Source of the DNA: Schmidtea nova
Taxonomy: Eukaryota
Assembly: GCA_044892505.1 (NCBI GenBank)
Contig: CM097883.1
Span: 436,914,001 to 436,978,000, forward strand
DNA length: 64,000 nucleotides
Direction of reading: 5' to 3'
Below, in pieces: positions 11,306-22,700 of this stretch. Position 1 is the first letter of the stretch; each line of letters begins with the position of its first letter. Below the pieces are notes generated by a model. That model was not told the origin of the DNA and did not search any database. It saw only the letters and a program-made list of their open reading frames with translations. The position numbers and the translations under genes are program-made.

Positions 11306-12309
11306 GCTTTTATACAATTTTACCGAGCAATAGTTGTCCCGGTATACTGCCAGTAAATTCATGATCAATCTACAAAATCCGATTTATTTAGAAGGTATTT
11401 GGAAAGTTGCTCACTTAGACTTTACGTTTGTGTATAATCCATTTCCATTTTATAATAAAGCTGAACTTCGGTAAAAAATGAAAACTTTGCGCTCAAAATA
11501 TAAAAGTTTGATAATTGACAATGAACTAGATGAAGTTGATAAATCTAATCTTTCCGATGATAATGCTCAAATATCTAGCGATAAGAATTTTATTTATTTC
11601 ACATGTGATCTTTATCCCTTCACTATAACATTTAATACTTTGGCAATGGCGAAAAGGTAAGACAAACTGAATCAGAGTTATCAAAGTCCTACGGATACAT
11701 ACAATATGCCGTTACCTAAATATATCAAAGTTGGAGAAAGGCTTGAAAAATTTAGAATAAAGATAAAGTTTAAGGATGATACTTTCATACACATTTAAAA
11801 ATAACTTATAAATATCGAAACTAGATAAAATGCAATCATATATGATTCAAAATTGTGGAAGTATCTTTAAATCATTAGATTTGATAGATGATAATTACTT
11901 CTAATTCAGTTTGAATCCGGATATATGTGAAGTTACTTTTGACAGAAACCTCGTAAAAACATTGGGATTAGCGAAAGCAACCTACGCTCAAGATGGATAT
12001 TTCAATGTAGGAATAAATAAACCGAAAATAATTAAACTTCATCAATAAATGTTCATTTACAGTAATATAGTCAATCCTATAATTGTCGACGATTTATTAG
12101 TTCCCATGTTAAAATCGGTATGGATTGAAAAACATGAACAGGATGAGGTTGTTCAAATACAAGTAGAAAATCCAACGTATTTAACGGTTTCAACTTCTTG
12201 TGTAAACAATATAGAAATAAATATCAGAGATGATAGAGGTAATTAAATAAACTTTCCAAAAGATTCAAAAATTTATCTGACTCTACATTTTCGAAAAGGC
12301 GATGAGTAA
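11302..12309 (+). pseudogene. Maverick minor capsid (penton-like), disrupted
   Basis: N-terminal MSFYTILPSNS...LQNPIYLEGIWKVA; C-terminal FIYSNIVNPIIVDD...PMLKSV...IEINIRDDRG...LTLHFRK. Confidence 0.85.
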
Positions 12310-12390
12310 TCCTGTTATAATTTCATTGTACAGTAATAGCCAAACTGGTGGCGAATTACCGTATTTTGTAGGTAAACAGTATATACGGTA
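12302..12390 (+). pseudogene. Start of small Maverick ORF (QTGGELPYFVGKQY motif), truncated
   Basis: The ATG overlaps the end of the penton. The motif Q-x-G-G...F-x-G-x-x-Y is typical of the small ORF between the capsid genes. Confidence 0.55.
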
Positions 12391-12439
12391 TATACAGAAT
12401 AAACAATCGAATGAAAGGTCATCAAACTATATTTGAAGA

Positions 12440-12544
12440 ATGATTTGCTGTAAATCTGAATTATGTCTTTTTGATCGACCATCTCCCCAAGCAGCTATTG
12501 AATATGGGGTATTTGAAGATGTATTTCTAATGAATTTTATTTGA
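12440..12544 (+). pseudogene. Maverick major capsid (hexon-like) N-terminus, truncated
   Basis: MICCKSELCLFDRPSPQAAIEYGVFEDVF matches the CxKSELxLF..P.Q..IE.G N-terminal motif. Confidence 0.7.
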
Positions 12545-12699
12545 GATAGTAGAAATGATGTTTTTAATTTGTCTTAATTTGTAATTTTGTTACATAATTG
12601 ATGTTTTTATGTTATATATGGGTTTTTCACGTGTAATGCGCTTTTGTTCGTTTTAATTCTTAGACGTGTTTTATTTAATTATTTCGGTGTTTTGTAATT

Positions 12700-12810
12700 A
12701 TTGTGTTTTAATTGATGTTTTAGCTCATAGAATTTTAAATTAACTTCTTGAGCGCTCTCTACTTGCTGTGTTACCGATTCATTTAAACAATTTTTAGTTT
12801 TTGCCCAACA
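12700..12810 (-). repeat. LTR-like repeat terminus (TGTTGGGCAAAAA family) downstream of the truncated hexon
   Basis: Reverse complement is similar to 886-960 and to 57972-58090 (atgagc(t)aaaa(a)catcaattaa). Confidence 0.45.
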
Positions 12811-13253
12811 CCAATAACCACCTACTATTACCTCATGTTTATTAGTGGTTTATTCGGCATCTTACGTGAGAATTTAAATGAAAATCTTGCAGCTGTTTTA
12901 AATTACGGGGTTTTGTGATATTTAAAGAAATTTTATTCCAAGTTTGAGTTTTTGCCTTACTCAATGACCATATCTATTTGAACACAAAGAATTCTATTAA
13001 CACCTCACAAATTTATTTATTATAATTTTTTTTACACTTAACTTTTGAGCGAATTATTTGAAATATTATTTTTGTCTGGTATATAAAAAATATTCTTTAC
13101 GAGAAAATCAACGCGAACACTATTTATTTGAAATTGAAATCTTTGTTTTAATATATAATAAATGAAATTATAATTTTGAATGTTATAATTGCAAACATAT
13201 TTAATAGATGTTTAAGGTAATTTTTAATTATTTTGTTAAAATTTAAATAACTC

Positions 13254-13256
<3 letters not shown>

Positions 13257-13296
<40 letters not shown>
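13257..13296. repeat. (TA)n microsatellite
   Basis: Direct reading. Confidence 0.95.
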
Positions 13297-13300
<4 letters not shown>

Positions 13301-13575
13301 CCTGTTCTTGTTGAAATTATATACTTATTTTCTTATTAATATTCGATTGTCTTAAATATACAACAAACACATTTGAATTTAATTAATATGCATGATTTGA
13401 GACTTTAAAAAAAGTAAATAAACATTTAACTTGGTAACAAATGTCAAAGAATTCCTTCGATTTTATTTAGTAATTATCAATTGTGACTTATTTCTAATGT
13501 AATTAGCATTAAAATTTTGATCCTGTTTTCTTAAATTAAGAAATCGGAAGACAATTTGAAATATATTTGTTTAAT

Positions 13576-15045
13576 TCAATATCTGGTTTTAATACCTCTA
13601 CAATAGGTGAACCTTCTGAGTTTTCTAATTCTATTGTGTTTGGAATTAGAAGTTGCTAACAAATGCTGAATGGGAATAAAATTTGCCACATTAATTAACT
13701 GGAAATTTGAATAAGCAACTTTTTTATCGTTAGATTTTTGCAAATTAGAAGCATTATTTGTGTCCGAGAACTTTGAATCTGTATCTGTAATAGTATCAGT
13801 ATGTTTATCTGCTAAATGTGGATTCACTATTTCATCAAAATTTTCTTTAAATTTTCCATGCGAAAATGAAACATCGTAAGATGGATACGATAGTGAGATC
13901 ATAGAATTACCTTCACGACTCTGTAAAATACTCGTGCTGTTTAACTGTTCATCCTGAGTAAACGTGAATGAAATATTGGCATTTTGTCGTAAGTTATTAC
14001 AACTGTCAATGCTAGATTTTGTGTCATTTTTATCATCGTATGAAAATTGTAGCCTTTTAATTTTTTTATCAAATTCCACTACTTTATACATATTTTTCGA
14101 CTCCCTAAAATCCCAATAGTTTTTCTCATTTAATTCATCCATTGAAACCTTTAGAAATTTCTCTTCTAATATTAAATAAGTGCTCTCTTTTTTGAAATAC
14201 GATGTAAAATTCGATGGTGTAAAGAATAAGTTTTGGCTTTCCAATTCCTTCTTGAATTGATTTTTATATTTCTCGGCTTTTAAGTTGTGATCTAGATGCA
14301 TTTTAAATCCAGTTGAAGTTGAGAGATTATGAGAAATTATTTTCTGTTTTATTCTTACAATATTTGAAAGTAGTACTCTATTGGGATTTGAAATAATAAT
14401 GGTATTTCTAAAATTTTCTCCGATATTCATATGAAGTTTAAGATTTTTCATTTGAGTTTGCTTAATATTATATGTATTTTCATAGAATTCATTATTGTCT
14501 ATTAATTTTAAAACTGTCTGTTTGGGTTTGTAATTCAGAAATTGAAATAAATTGATATTGGATCTTATTAAAACTAATCTAAAAGATGAATCTTTATTCA
14601 CTACTATATTACTTGATTTTTCATCAGTAGCATGTTTATCAGAGTTGACAATGAAAGAATTCCATTGGTCAGATTCTAATTCGTAAAATTCATGCTCATT
14701 GATATCCCTTATAGGATGGATAATATATTGGCATTTAGCAGTTTTTCTCGACGATTTTAATTTCTTATTTTTCCGTAAAGTAGACTTTACAATTGTAAAC
14801 GGTTGAAATTTATCTATAATTATTTTTCCCCCAAAACATCCGAAAGTCTTCAGATTTTCTAAATAATATTTGGTGCGACTGTCCAAATTCTGAAATATTA
14901 TTTCATCGTGTAATTTTAAATTATCTGCATATAGAGGATATATTAGGCGATTGATATTTGGCTTATAGAACACTTTCTTTTTGGAATGTAAATCGTAAAT
15001 TAATTTATTGTTTAATGAAATTTCTCTACAAAATATAGTTTTCAT
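13576..15045 (-). CDS. Uncharacterised 489-aa K/N-rich protein (uninterrupted ORF)
   Basis: 1470-nt stop-free frame in very AT-rich DNA, beginning with ATG. No recognisable domain. A possible donor AG|GTATT near the 3' end means it may be a large exon. Confidence 0.7.
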   Translation of the reverse strand: MKTIFCREISLNNKLIYDLHSKKKVFYKPNINRLIYPLYADNLKLHDEIIFQNLDSRTKYYLENLKTFGCFGGKIIIDKFQPFTIVKSTLRKNKKLKSSRKTAKCQYIIHPIRDINEHEFYELESDQWNSFIVNSDKHATDEKSSNIVVNKDSSFRLVLIRSNINLFQFLNYKPKQTVLKLIDNNEFYENTYNIKQTQMKNLKLHMNIGENFRNTIIISNPNRVLLSNIVRIKQKIISHNLSTSTGFKMHLDHNLKAEKYKNQFKKELESQNLFFTPSNFTSYFKKESTYLILEEKFLKVSMDELNEKNYWDFRESKNMYKVVEFDKKIKRLQFSYDDKNDTKSSIDSCNNLRQNANISFTFTQDEQLNSTSILQSREGNSMISLSYPSYDVSFSHGKFKENFDEIVNPHLADKHTDTITDTDSKFSDTNNASNLQKSNDKKVAYSNFQLINVANFIPIQHLLATSNSKHNRIRKLRRFTYCRGIKTRY

Positions 15046-15255
15046 TAAAGAATTTAATACATAATTTAATAAGAATTAGATTTATTGATTTCAAATTATT
15101 CAATAGTATTTTCTTATTTTATTAGTTAATAAGTAATCCGGAAAGTGTAGATGGGTTGGTAGCGTGAGACAATTATTGTGGTTTATTCGGTTGGTTTTTA
15201 GGACATACCTACTAAGAGGCATGAGCAAACTTTTAATTAATTTATTATTGTTTAA

Positions 15256-15487
15256 CCCTTTGAGGACTGAATTATTTTATACGGCAATGATTCCAACTAT
15301 GCAAGAGCATGTGTTTACATTAACCTAAACTAGCTCACAATAAAAATATTACACGAAACGCAAAGTATGCATTAAAAGTACCATATAGACAATACATTTA
15401 ACGTCGTGACTAGTTGAGAAAACCAGTGGGAAGATATAAAACAATTTTTGAATGGGTGGTCTCAGATAACCGGCTGCCTTGAAAGGG
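15256..15487. mobile_element. piggyBac-type MITE
   Basis: TTAA|ccctttgagg...ccttgaaaggg|TTAA. A truncated second copy lies at 22530-22629. Confidence 0.8.
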
Positions 15488-15995
15488 TTAAATTAGAGTT
15501 TGTTATTTTGAGTTAATTTTTTATTTTGAATATTTGTCTTTTTATAATAGTTATATTTGAACTACACTTAGTGAATTTCCAAACCTCAAGTTCGTGGATT
15601 TTGTCGTTATCATATAAATTCAAAGAAAACAGACTTTCATCATTAAAGATTTTTTATTTAATTAATTCAAATTCAGTGTAATTGGAATAATCTTGTGTGT
15701 ATTCTTATAAAAAATTTCAAAAATTCTTACCAACAACAATGATTAGAATAGGAGGTTAGTACTGACGGCACCCCGACAGAAAAGCAGCAAAAGGTGAAAA
15801 ATGATATTTGTTAAAATTTTAGGTTTTTATTTAGCTATAATGGCTATAAATAAAATCAAAAGAAAGAGCGTTAATACTGTTGAGTTGATTTTTAAAGCCG
15901 GAATTAATGTCTGACTCGTCTTGCTCTTATTTAAAATCAATCAAATCACCAAACACAATAACTTTTATTGAATTTAGCACAATTATTCATACTTA

Positions 15996-16173
15996 TTGGG
16001 TTGTTTAATTTAAAATTTACCAATTAATTCTCTGACTCCAAGAGTACTTTATTTGGCCCACAAAACAACAATTTTCAGACAATAAAAACCTTTATTGATT
16101 ATTACAGTGGATTACACAATTTACAATGACACGATCAATTCAATACCACAACATTTCGCGAGGAATAGCACTA
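15996..16173 (+). repeat. Dispersed repeat 'R' ending in hairpin + gaatagcacta, copy 1
   Basis: Diverged match (about 70% by eye) to the reverse complement of 50697-50896. Confidence 0.7.
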
Positions 16174-16563
16174 TTCTTGATTCGATGGGTGGTGGTGCAT
16201 GGCCGTTCTTAGTTGGTGGAGCAATTTGTCTGGTTAATTCCGTTAACGAACGAGACTAACCTGCTAAATAGTACATTTGTGTTCTAACGCAAATGCTGAC
16301 TTCTTAGAGGAATAAATAGCGTTTAGCTAAATGAAATTGAGCAATAACAGGTCTGTGATGCCCTTAGATGTCCGGGGCCGCACGCGCGCTACAATGGCAG
16401 TAACAGCGAGGTTAATTCCTAGCTAGAAATGGCCGGGTAACCTGCTAAATCACTGTCGTGTCAGGAATAGTGGATTGAAATTATTCCATTTGAACGAGGA
16501 ATTCCTAGTAAGCGCAAGTCACTAGCTTGCGCTGATTACGTCCCTGCCCCTTGTACACACCGC
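16174..16563 (+). rRNA. 18S rRNA: 18S rRNA 3'-half fragment (isolated, non-functional copy)
   Basis: Universal SSU motifs ggtggtgcatggccgttcttagttggtgg, gcaataacaggtctgtgatgccctt and gtacacaccgc. Only about 390 nt, with no flanking rDNA. Confidence 0.97.
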
Positions 16564-17493
16564 TTTGTACAGACCGTGCATCCGAAGACATTGGTAGGTT
16601 CTTCCCGTGAACGGGCGTCCCCTACCACTGGAAAAAAGAAGGAGCAGGTGCGGGATTTTATAGAGTTTTCCGCAATTATCTCTTTCTTGGGTTTCTTTGA
16701 TTGAGGATTCGATTGTTGTTTCTTTGGATGGTATTCTTCTGGGATATATTTGATTTGTTCTTGGGTGTCTTTGATTTGGATTTTCTGATTGAAGTTCTTG
16801 GATAGGTTCTTTTTAATATATATTTGATTATTTCTTAGAAGTCTTTTGATTTGTTTTTGATTTTTGTTCTTGGACTGGTCTTTGTTAGTATGAAACTTTG
16901 TTTCTTTTTGACTTCTTTGATTGTTTGGATGTCTTTGTTTGTTCTTTTTGATTTGGGTATTCAATGTTTGCACGTTTTCTGTTTACAGGGTCGGGATTGG
17001 TTGCGTTTGATTTTTTACTGGGAACCATATTGGAGTGTGGTTTATTACGTTTGGTTTGAATTACGTAGTTGTCCATATGGTATTCTTTTTCATCAGCAAT
17101 TTTGAAAATTTCAGACCAAATTATTCAATACAAACATTTTCCTCCTAGAGCACAATTATAAAGAGATAAAAGAGACCCATTTGATAATAATTGTAGTTTT
17201 GTTATAGGTCAGTAAGAAATGTCGTTGCAAGAACATTTTAATTAAATATTTTTAAACGACCATTAGAATAATTTTAGCTCGAAAAGAATAAATTAGTTAT
17301 CTTTTATAATAGAATACCAAAGATTTAGCAGTCACTGACCACTGAGTCGGATCCAACAATTGGCAAATTGATTTCGGTTGTTCTATTGCTTTGACTCGGT
17401 ACTTTATTCAATAGGCTTTGACTCTTATTCGATTAATTCTTGTTTTATTTCGTTCAATTTAATCTTCTCAAATTTACGTTTTCCAATAATATA

Positions 17494-19155
17494 CAGTCGG
17501 GAGCAAATTACTAGGGACACCCTCATTTTCCTCTATTTATCGTATGTGGCAATTCTAAGAAACATCTGCGTCGACTACAGGTACTGGTGTGCTTAGCTAT
17601 ATGTATGACTAACGACTGAACTTGTGTGTGCGTCTAAATGCATAAGTGTGTACATGTGTGTGCGTGAATGTGTATTAAGCTTGTAACTAGAATATGCATA
17701 TGATTTGCTCTCAGTGGTAGCCAATTACCGCAACCCATTTTGTGTAATGAATGTTTCTTTGACTTTTTATAGCAGTTATTTTTACTTTCAGCATGGATAT
17801 TACCATCGATCAGCAGCAACGGGTTATTACACTCTATACTGACGCCGGGATGTCCCAACGGGCTATCAGTCGAGACACTGGGATCAATTTATCTTCCGTC
17901 AGTAGTATTGTAATGCGTTACAAAGTACTGGAGCCTCAAATTCTGCAATAAAGGAAGATGCGGTCGTAAGAAACCGTCAACAGCATCACATGGCCGATTT
18001 ATCTTGCGCAGCAGCATGAGGAACCCTCGATTAAGTGCTGTTGATATAAAAAGGGACATTGGAATCCATTTATCTGTCCATACTATCCGTCGTCAGCTGA
18101 ATGAAGGTGGAAGAAAGGTCATGAAACCAATTGTCAAGCCAATGTTGACCACAAAAATGAAAAGCACGCGGCTTCAGTGGGCACTCCAATACCGCAACTG
18201 GACTGTGGAGCAGTAGCGTTCGGTATGTTCGGTATATTTTTTTATATAGAAATTTGAGAAATAAGGTTTTCTTCCCTAATACGTTTTGGAATAGATAATT
18301 TTCTATATAAGAAACACTTTAAACAGGGATAATACATCAGGATTCCAATGAATTAAACATTATGGTTTCTAGTGTCTCACATTACTTGGATTTGAAATTT
18401 TATATTTATTTACATTTGTGTTCCTTCAGGTGATATTCAGTGACGAATCATCCTTCGAAGCACAATTGACACAGCCCCGCATCGCCAGACGCGGTTCAGT
18501 GCCGATATCCACTCTACACATGTCTTAACGTGTTAAATACCCACAAAAACTCATGGTATGAAGTTGCATGTTTGTTCATGGCTTTGGTCGTGTTCATATT
18601 GCTGAGGGAAATATGAACTCTGCGCCATATATGGATGTCATTCAGAGTCGGCTAATACCTCAAGCTATTGAATGGTTCGGTAGTAATTTTATATTACAGC
18701 AGGATAACGCACAGTGCCATACTTCAAACGCCAGCAAGCAATGTTTGGCAGAACACAACATCCGAGTGTTGCCGTTCCCGGCCAATTCAACTGACATGAG
18801 CCCAATTGAGACATTATGAGCTATTATTAAGGCCAAATTACGCACAGTCAGCATCTAAAGTAAAACAGAACTCATCAACACTCTTAAACATTTGCGTCCA
18901 TGACAACGACACAAGTCACCGTCTTCAGGAGACATGCGCGGAATTGATAGATACCATTCCGAAGAGAGTCGAGGCTTTAATAAAGACTAAAGGTGGCCAT
19001 ACCAAATTTTAAAAACATTTTATGAATATTATGGTTTCTGCTTTGCGTATTTCATGTATTTTGTGTTGGTTTTTACTCGATTACTACAAAGTGTATCTCT
19101 TTATTTGGGGAAAAATAGAAAAATGAGGGTGTCCCTATTAATTTGCTTCCGACTG
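17494..19155 (+). mobile_element. Tc1-family DNA transposon (1662 bp)
   Basis: TA|cagtcgggagcaaattactagggacaccctcatttt...aaaatgagggtgtccctattaatttgcttccgactg|TA. Confidence 0.95.
17793..19012 (+). pseudogene. Tc1 DD34E transposase with an intron (18223-18429), disrupted
   Basis: HTH region MDITIDQQQRVITL...; intron GT..AG then VIFSDESSF; QQDNAQCH; 34 residues to the E in SPIE. Several stops and frameshifts. Confidence 0.9.
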
Positions 19156-21392
19156 TAATCCTTATTGGCTCAATAAGTTTCTTTTCAATTTCTTCTATCA
19201 CAATTTCAATTTCTCCAATTTAAATTCTCCAATATGAACTCTTCAATCTGATTTCTCTCCAAATTCGAATTCTCTTCAATTGGGATTCTAATTCATTACT
19301 GTGGTTTTTCCCTTTTATAGCTCATCATTCTCTAGTACTTGAGATTATTTTTTTCTTATTTAATTGCCTTCAGCATACTCTGTACTTTCTTCATAATATC
19401 TTTTGCATTGCCTTTGACAGCTGTCGAGATATGCCATTCTTTTTTTTGTCTATCCACTTTTTCCTCCGCACTCCTGATATCTCTGACAAGCTATCACTAT
19501 ATGAATCTTCTTGTTTTTGTTTTCCAATTTTGGAATTCCTTTTTCCCTTTGCACTTATTAATTATCAATAATCTTTTCTTGTTTTCTTGTTTTATTTCTT
19601 TTATTTTGCTAATACTTTCTCATTTCCTAATTTTTTGCCTTTACCTCTTCTTTTCCAAGTTCCAGAACATCGTCTCTTTACCCTGTAAATTTACCCCTCC
19701 CCAATTATTTTATTTATTTGTGATATTATTTAATTTATATTTAGGTGTCCTCAACACACTTGTCAATAACACTCTTTTGTATGCACTTTCGCTGTGATTG
19801 GATAAATGTCACAACGGGAAATGATCTTTCTTGTATGCAGATTTGATTTAATTCGCTGATACTTTTACACTGTTCAATTTCTTAACTATTCTTAATTCTG
19901 AAATTTTTGAATATCGTTTTTTTGGAAGCTTCCAGTTGATTCTCACCAATGATATTACGTTCAATTTGTAGTTCCGCGTGATTTTATTCTAACCGGAAGT
20001 GTTTGATTTATTTGAAAATCGAAGAATGATTGCAGTCAACATACATGGATTATAATTATTTTAAATGATATTTTAAAAACTGGAAAAATAAAGAATAATT
20101 GCCTTAAATTATAGACATCAAAACTTTGTTCTTTTAAAATCACTTCTATATCTACCTAAAAAAAATTCACGCTCTTTTGGCGATCTTTTGCTGGGTTACC
20201 AGTAGAGAACTTACAGTATCTAAAAGTTTGATGTAGTAAATGCCAATCACTGAAATTGATTCCGCTCTGTGACTTTTCTTCAACATGCATTAGATCTAAG
20301 GATTATAATCATATGAATTCTAGGTTTTGTGGATTCCTTTTATTCATAATTTATTTTATTTATTTCATCTTTGATCCATTTTTTCAAATTTTCATATTAA
20401 AATTATGCTAATTTACAAAGTAAAAGAACCTGTCTACGCTTTGTTAAACTGAGATAAATCAAGAAATGTGTTTGTTTCTATGCCCTTTACAAATTTTTCT
20501 GTAATAAAAAATCTTGCTGGGGTTGATATAAAATTATGGAAATAAAAGCGCGGAAAACCAAAACATCAAAAGTAGTTAAGGTACAAAATTTAATCAAAAT
20601 TTTAGAAATACTAAAAATTAATATTTCCGGGAGAAATTCGTATAGTTAAGCGTCTAATCTAAAGACAAACCTAAATATAATAATAAAAATCTAGTGAGGG
20701 ATCCCAGAGAAAGTTATAAGAAACCCGAGCCAATGGGAGGCCCGAGCAGTATGGGAAAGCTGATACGTGTAGAGAGCCTAGTTGTATGGAAAGCCCGAGT
20801 GATCGGCAAAATAATTACTTTCATTTATGATAAATTACCCCAAGAATAAATTGCATGTTTGGAAGGCGATTACTCCTGAATTACTGGTCAAAATAGTAAT
20901 CAAAATATTTGGACAGAGATAGTATAAAAAGTAGAGCTGCCGAAAGACCAGGTACACAAATAAAGGATGAAGAGAAAACTTGTCAATAATTAAAAAGAAG
21001 AGTGCAAATAAAGTGACAATTTGTAATTTGTTTTTGAGAGTTAATAAATTTGTTCTGTGTTGGGTTTGGAATATTTGATTTATAAATAAAAGACACGAGG
21101 ACTCAGATCAACCAACTTATTAAATAATAACTTAACAATCTGAACAAATAAATAAATTAAATAATAACTCAACAATCTGAACAAAATTAGATTATTTTAT
21201 TTCTGTTTGAATATTGTAAATTTGGATTTTTAATTTTTTTTGAAATTTTTCGACAATTTTTTAATTTTTTCACTTTTTTAGAAAACCTTAAAAAAATAAT
21301 AAATACAAAATAGTACAATCGTAATTAAAAATTTATATCAGAAATCTAATCATTTTATTTATATCTTGAAAATGGTTAAGATAAATAATAAA

Positions 21393-21508
21393 GGGTTGGT
21401 TCACAACCCCGACAAATCACAATCCAGACAATTCACAATCCATACAATCACAATCTCGATAATCCTTGATTGTTGGGATTGTGATTTTCGGGATTGCGAA
21501 CGGCTTCC
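21393..21508. mobile_element. Tiny MITE built from inverted cacaatcc(cga) subterminal repeats (MULE-like)
   Basis: Tandem 15-16-nt cacaatcc units face gggattgtg units, with GG...CC termini and a near-identical 9-bp flank (aaataataa/aaatgataa). Confidence 0.5.
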
Positions 21509-21704
21509 AAATGATAATTAGCTACTATTAATGAAATATAAGTTGTATTATAAAATCCTGTTTATCCATCAATTGTTTAATTTTTAATAAATTATTAATA
21601 AAATTATATAATTATCATTGTACATCCGTAACTTTTGTATTTTTAAAATTTTGAATTACTTAATATTTTAAAGTAATATTTAAATAAATTTATTAGTAGT
21701 GTTA

Positions 21705-22188
21705 GGTAGAAGTGAGCGCACGATGACTCATCGTTTTTTCAAAAATTTTCAAAGTTCGAAATTATTCATCTGATGAGTCATAATGTAGGTCTTAGTCATT
21801 TGAACAAAGACATGTTACTATTTATAGACTATATAATGTTATGAGCTCACAATTACTCATTTTTTCAAAAGTTTTTCAGTGACTCACCTTATTAAAGATA
21901 TGTTACTATTTATGTCTATAAATAGTAACATATCTTTGATAAGGTGTTGTGAGCTATTGATATCATTTTTTCGAAAATTTTTCAAAGTCCGTTTAACAAA
22001 AAAATATTTATAAATTTTTTTCATTGAAAAAATGAGTCATTGTGAGCTCACAATATTACATGATATAAATCGTACCATTTGTCTTTGTTCAAATGACCTT
22101 GGCCTACATTATAACTCAACACATGACTAAAATCGGACTTCGACAAATTTTTGAAAAAACTGAAAGTCATCGTGCACTCACTTCTACC
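21705..22188. mobile_element. MITE with long imperfect TIRs and a central 27-bp hairpin
   Basis: TA|ggtagaagtgagcgcacgatgact...agtcatcgtgcactcacttctacc|TA; near-perfect inverted repeat at 21887-21944. Confidence 0.85.
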
Positions 22189-22529
22189 TACTATTATTAT
22201 TATTTTAAATAAAAATATATATGATTTTTATTGCTTTTTAGGTGCAGCAGCAGCATATGGGCACCAGAATGACAAAAAACTCACAAAATTGTAGAAAACA
22301 TCTATTTTAAAATTTGTAAATAACTAATGCATGATTATGAATTTGTTGTGTAAAATCAGTATTATGCGTACATCGTAACAATAGTAAACTAGATGTTGCT
22401 TGTAGATATAATGATTAATGAAAATGTATTAAACGTTGATTTAATATCAGTGAATGTTTTTATATAGGTATAGGGTTTCTCAGTTTACAGTATAACCTTT
22501 GCATTTAATAATGTTAATAATTCATTTAA

Positions 22530-22629
22530 CCCTTTGAGAGCTGAATTATTTTTCAATTATTAACCAACTATGCACGATCACATGTGTTTATATTGACCTA
22601 AACTAGCCCACAATAAAAATATTACACGA
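22530..22629 (+). mobile_element. Truncated copy of the piggyBac-type MITE at 15256
   Basis: ttaa|ccctttgagagctgaattattttt...aataaaaatattacacga aligns to 15256-15355. Confidence 0.75.
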
Positions 22630-22700
22630 TAAATATTACCCTATATTACTAAAATTAATTTATCTTGTCCCACTCCGTATTATATTATATTAGTGGATTT

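Larger units (their letters stand above)
7716..12544. mobile_element. Decayed Maverick/Polinton (adintovirus-like) segment
   Basis: Colinear relics of an A32-like ATPase, a small QxGGF-type ORF, an rve integrase with chromodomain, a minor capsid, a small QTGG ORF and the major capsid N-terminus. Overlapping stop/start codons. No PolB, protease or TIR seen. Confidence 0.9.
16570..19900 (-). mobile_element. Highly decayed retroelement-like K/E-rich coding relic, split by the Tc1 insertion
   Basis: Purine-rich minus strand with broken K/E/Q-rich frames. A possible RT-like LNQICI/KKDHFPL occurs near 19830. Confidence 0.3.

Noticed and set aside
16536-17105. Overlapping 145-, 84- and 63-aa ORFs as genes
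   Set aside because: Low-complexity strand-biased sequence. The 145-aa frame runs into the antisense 18S fragment. Treated as part of a decayed retroelement.
20690-21180. Possible solo LTR with short degenerate tandem motifs, TATA box and poly(A) signal
   Set aside because: No TG...CA boundaries, TSD or second copy could be fixed.
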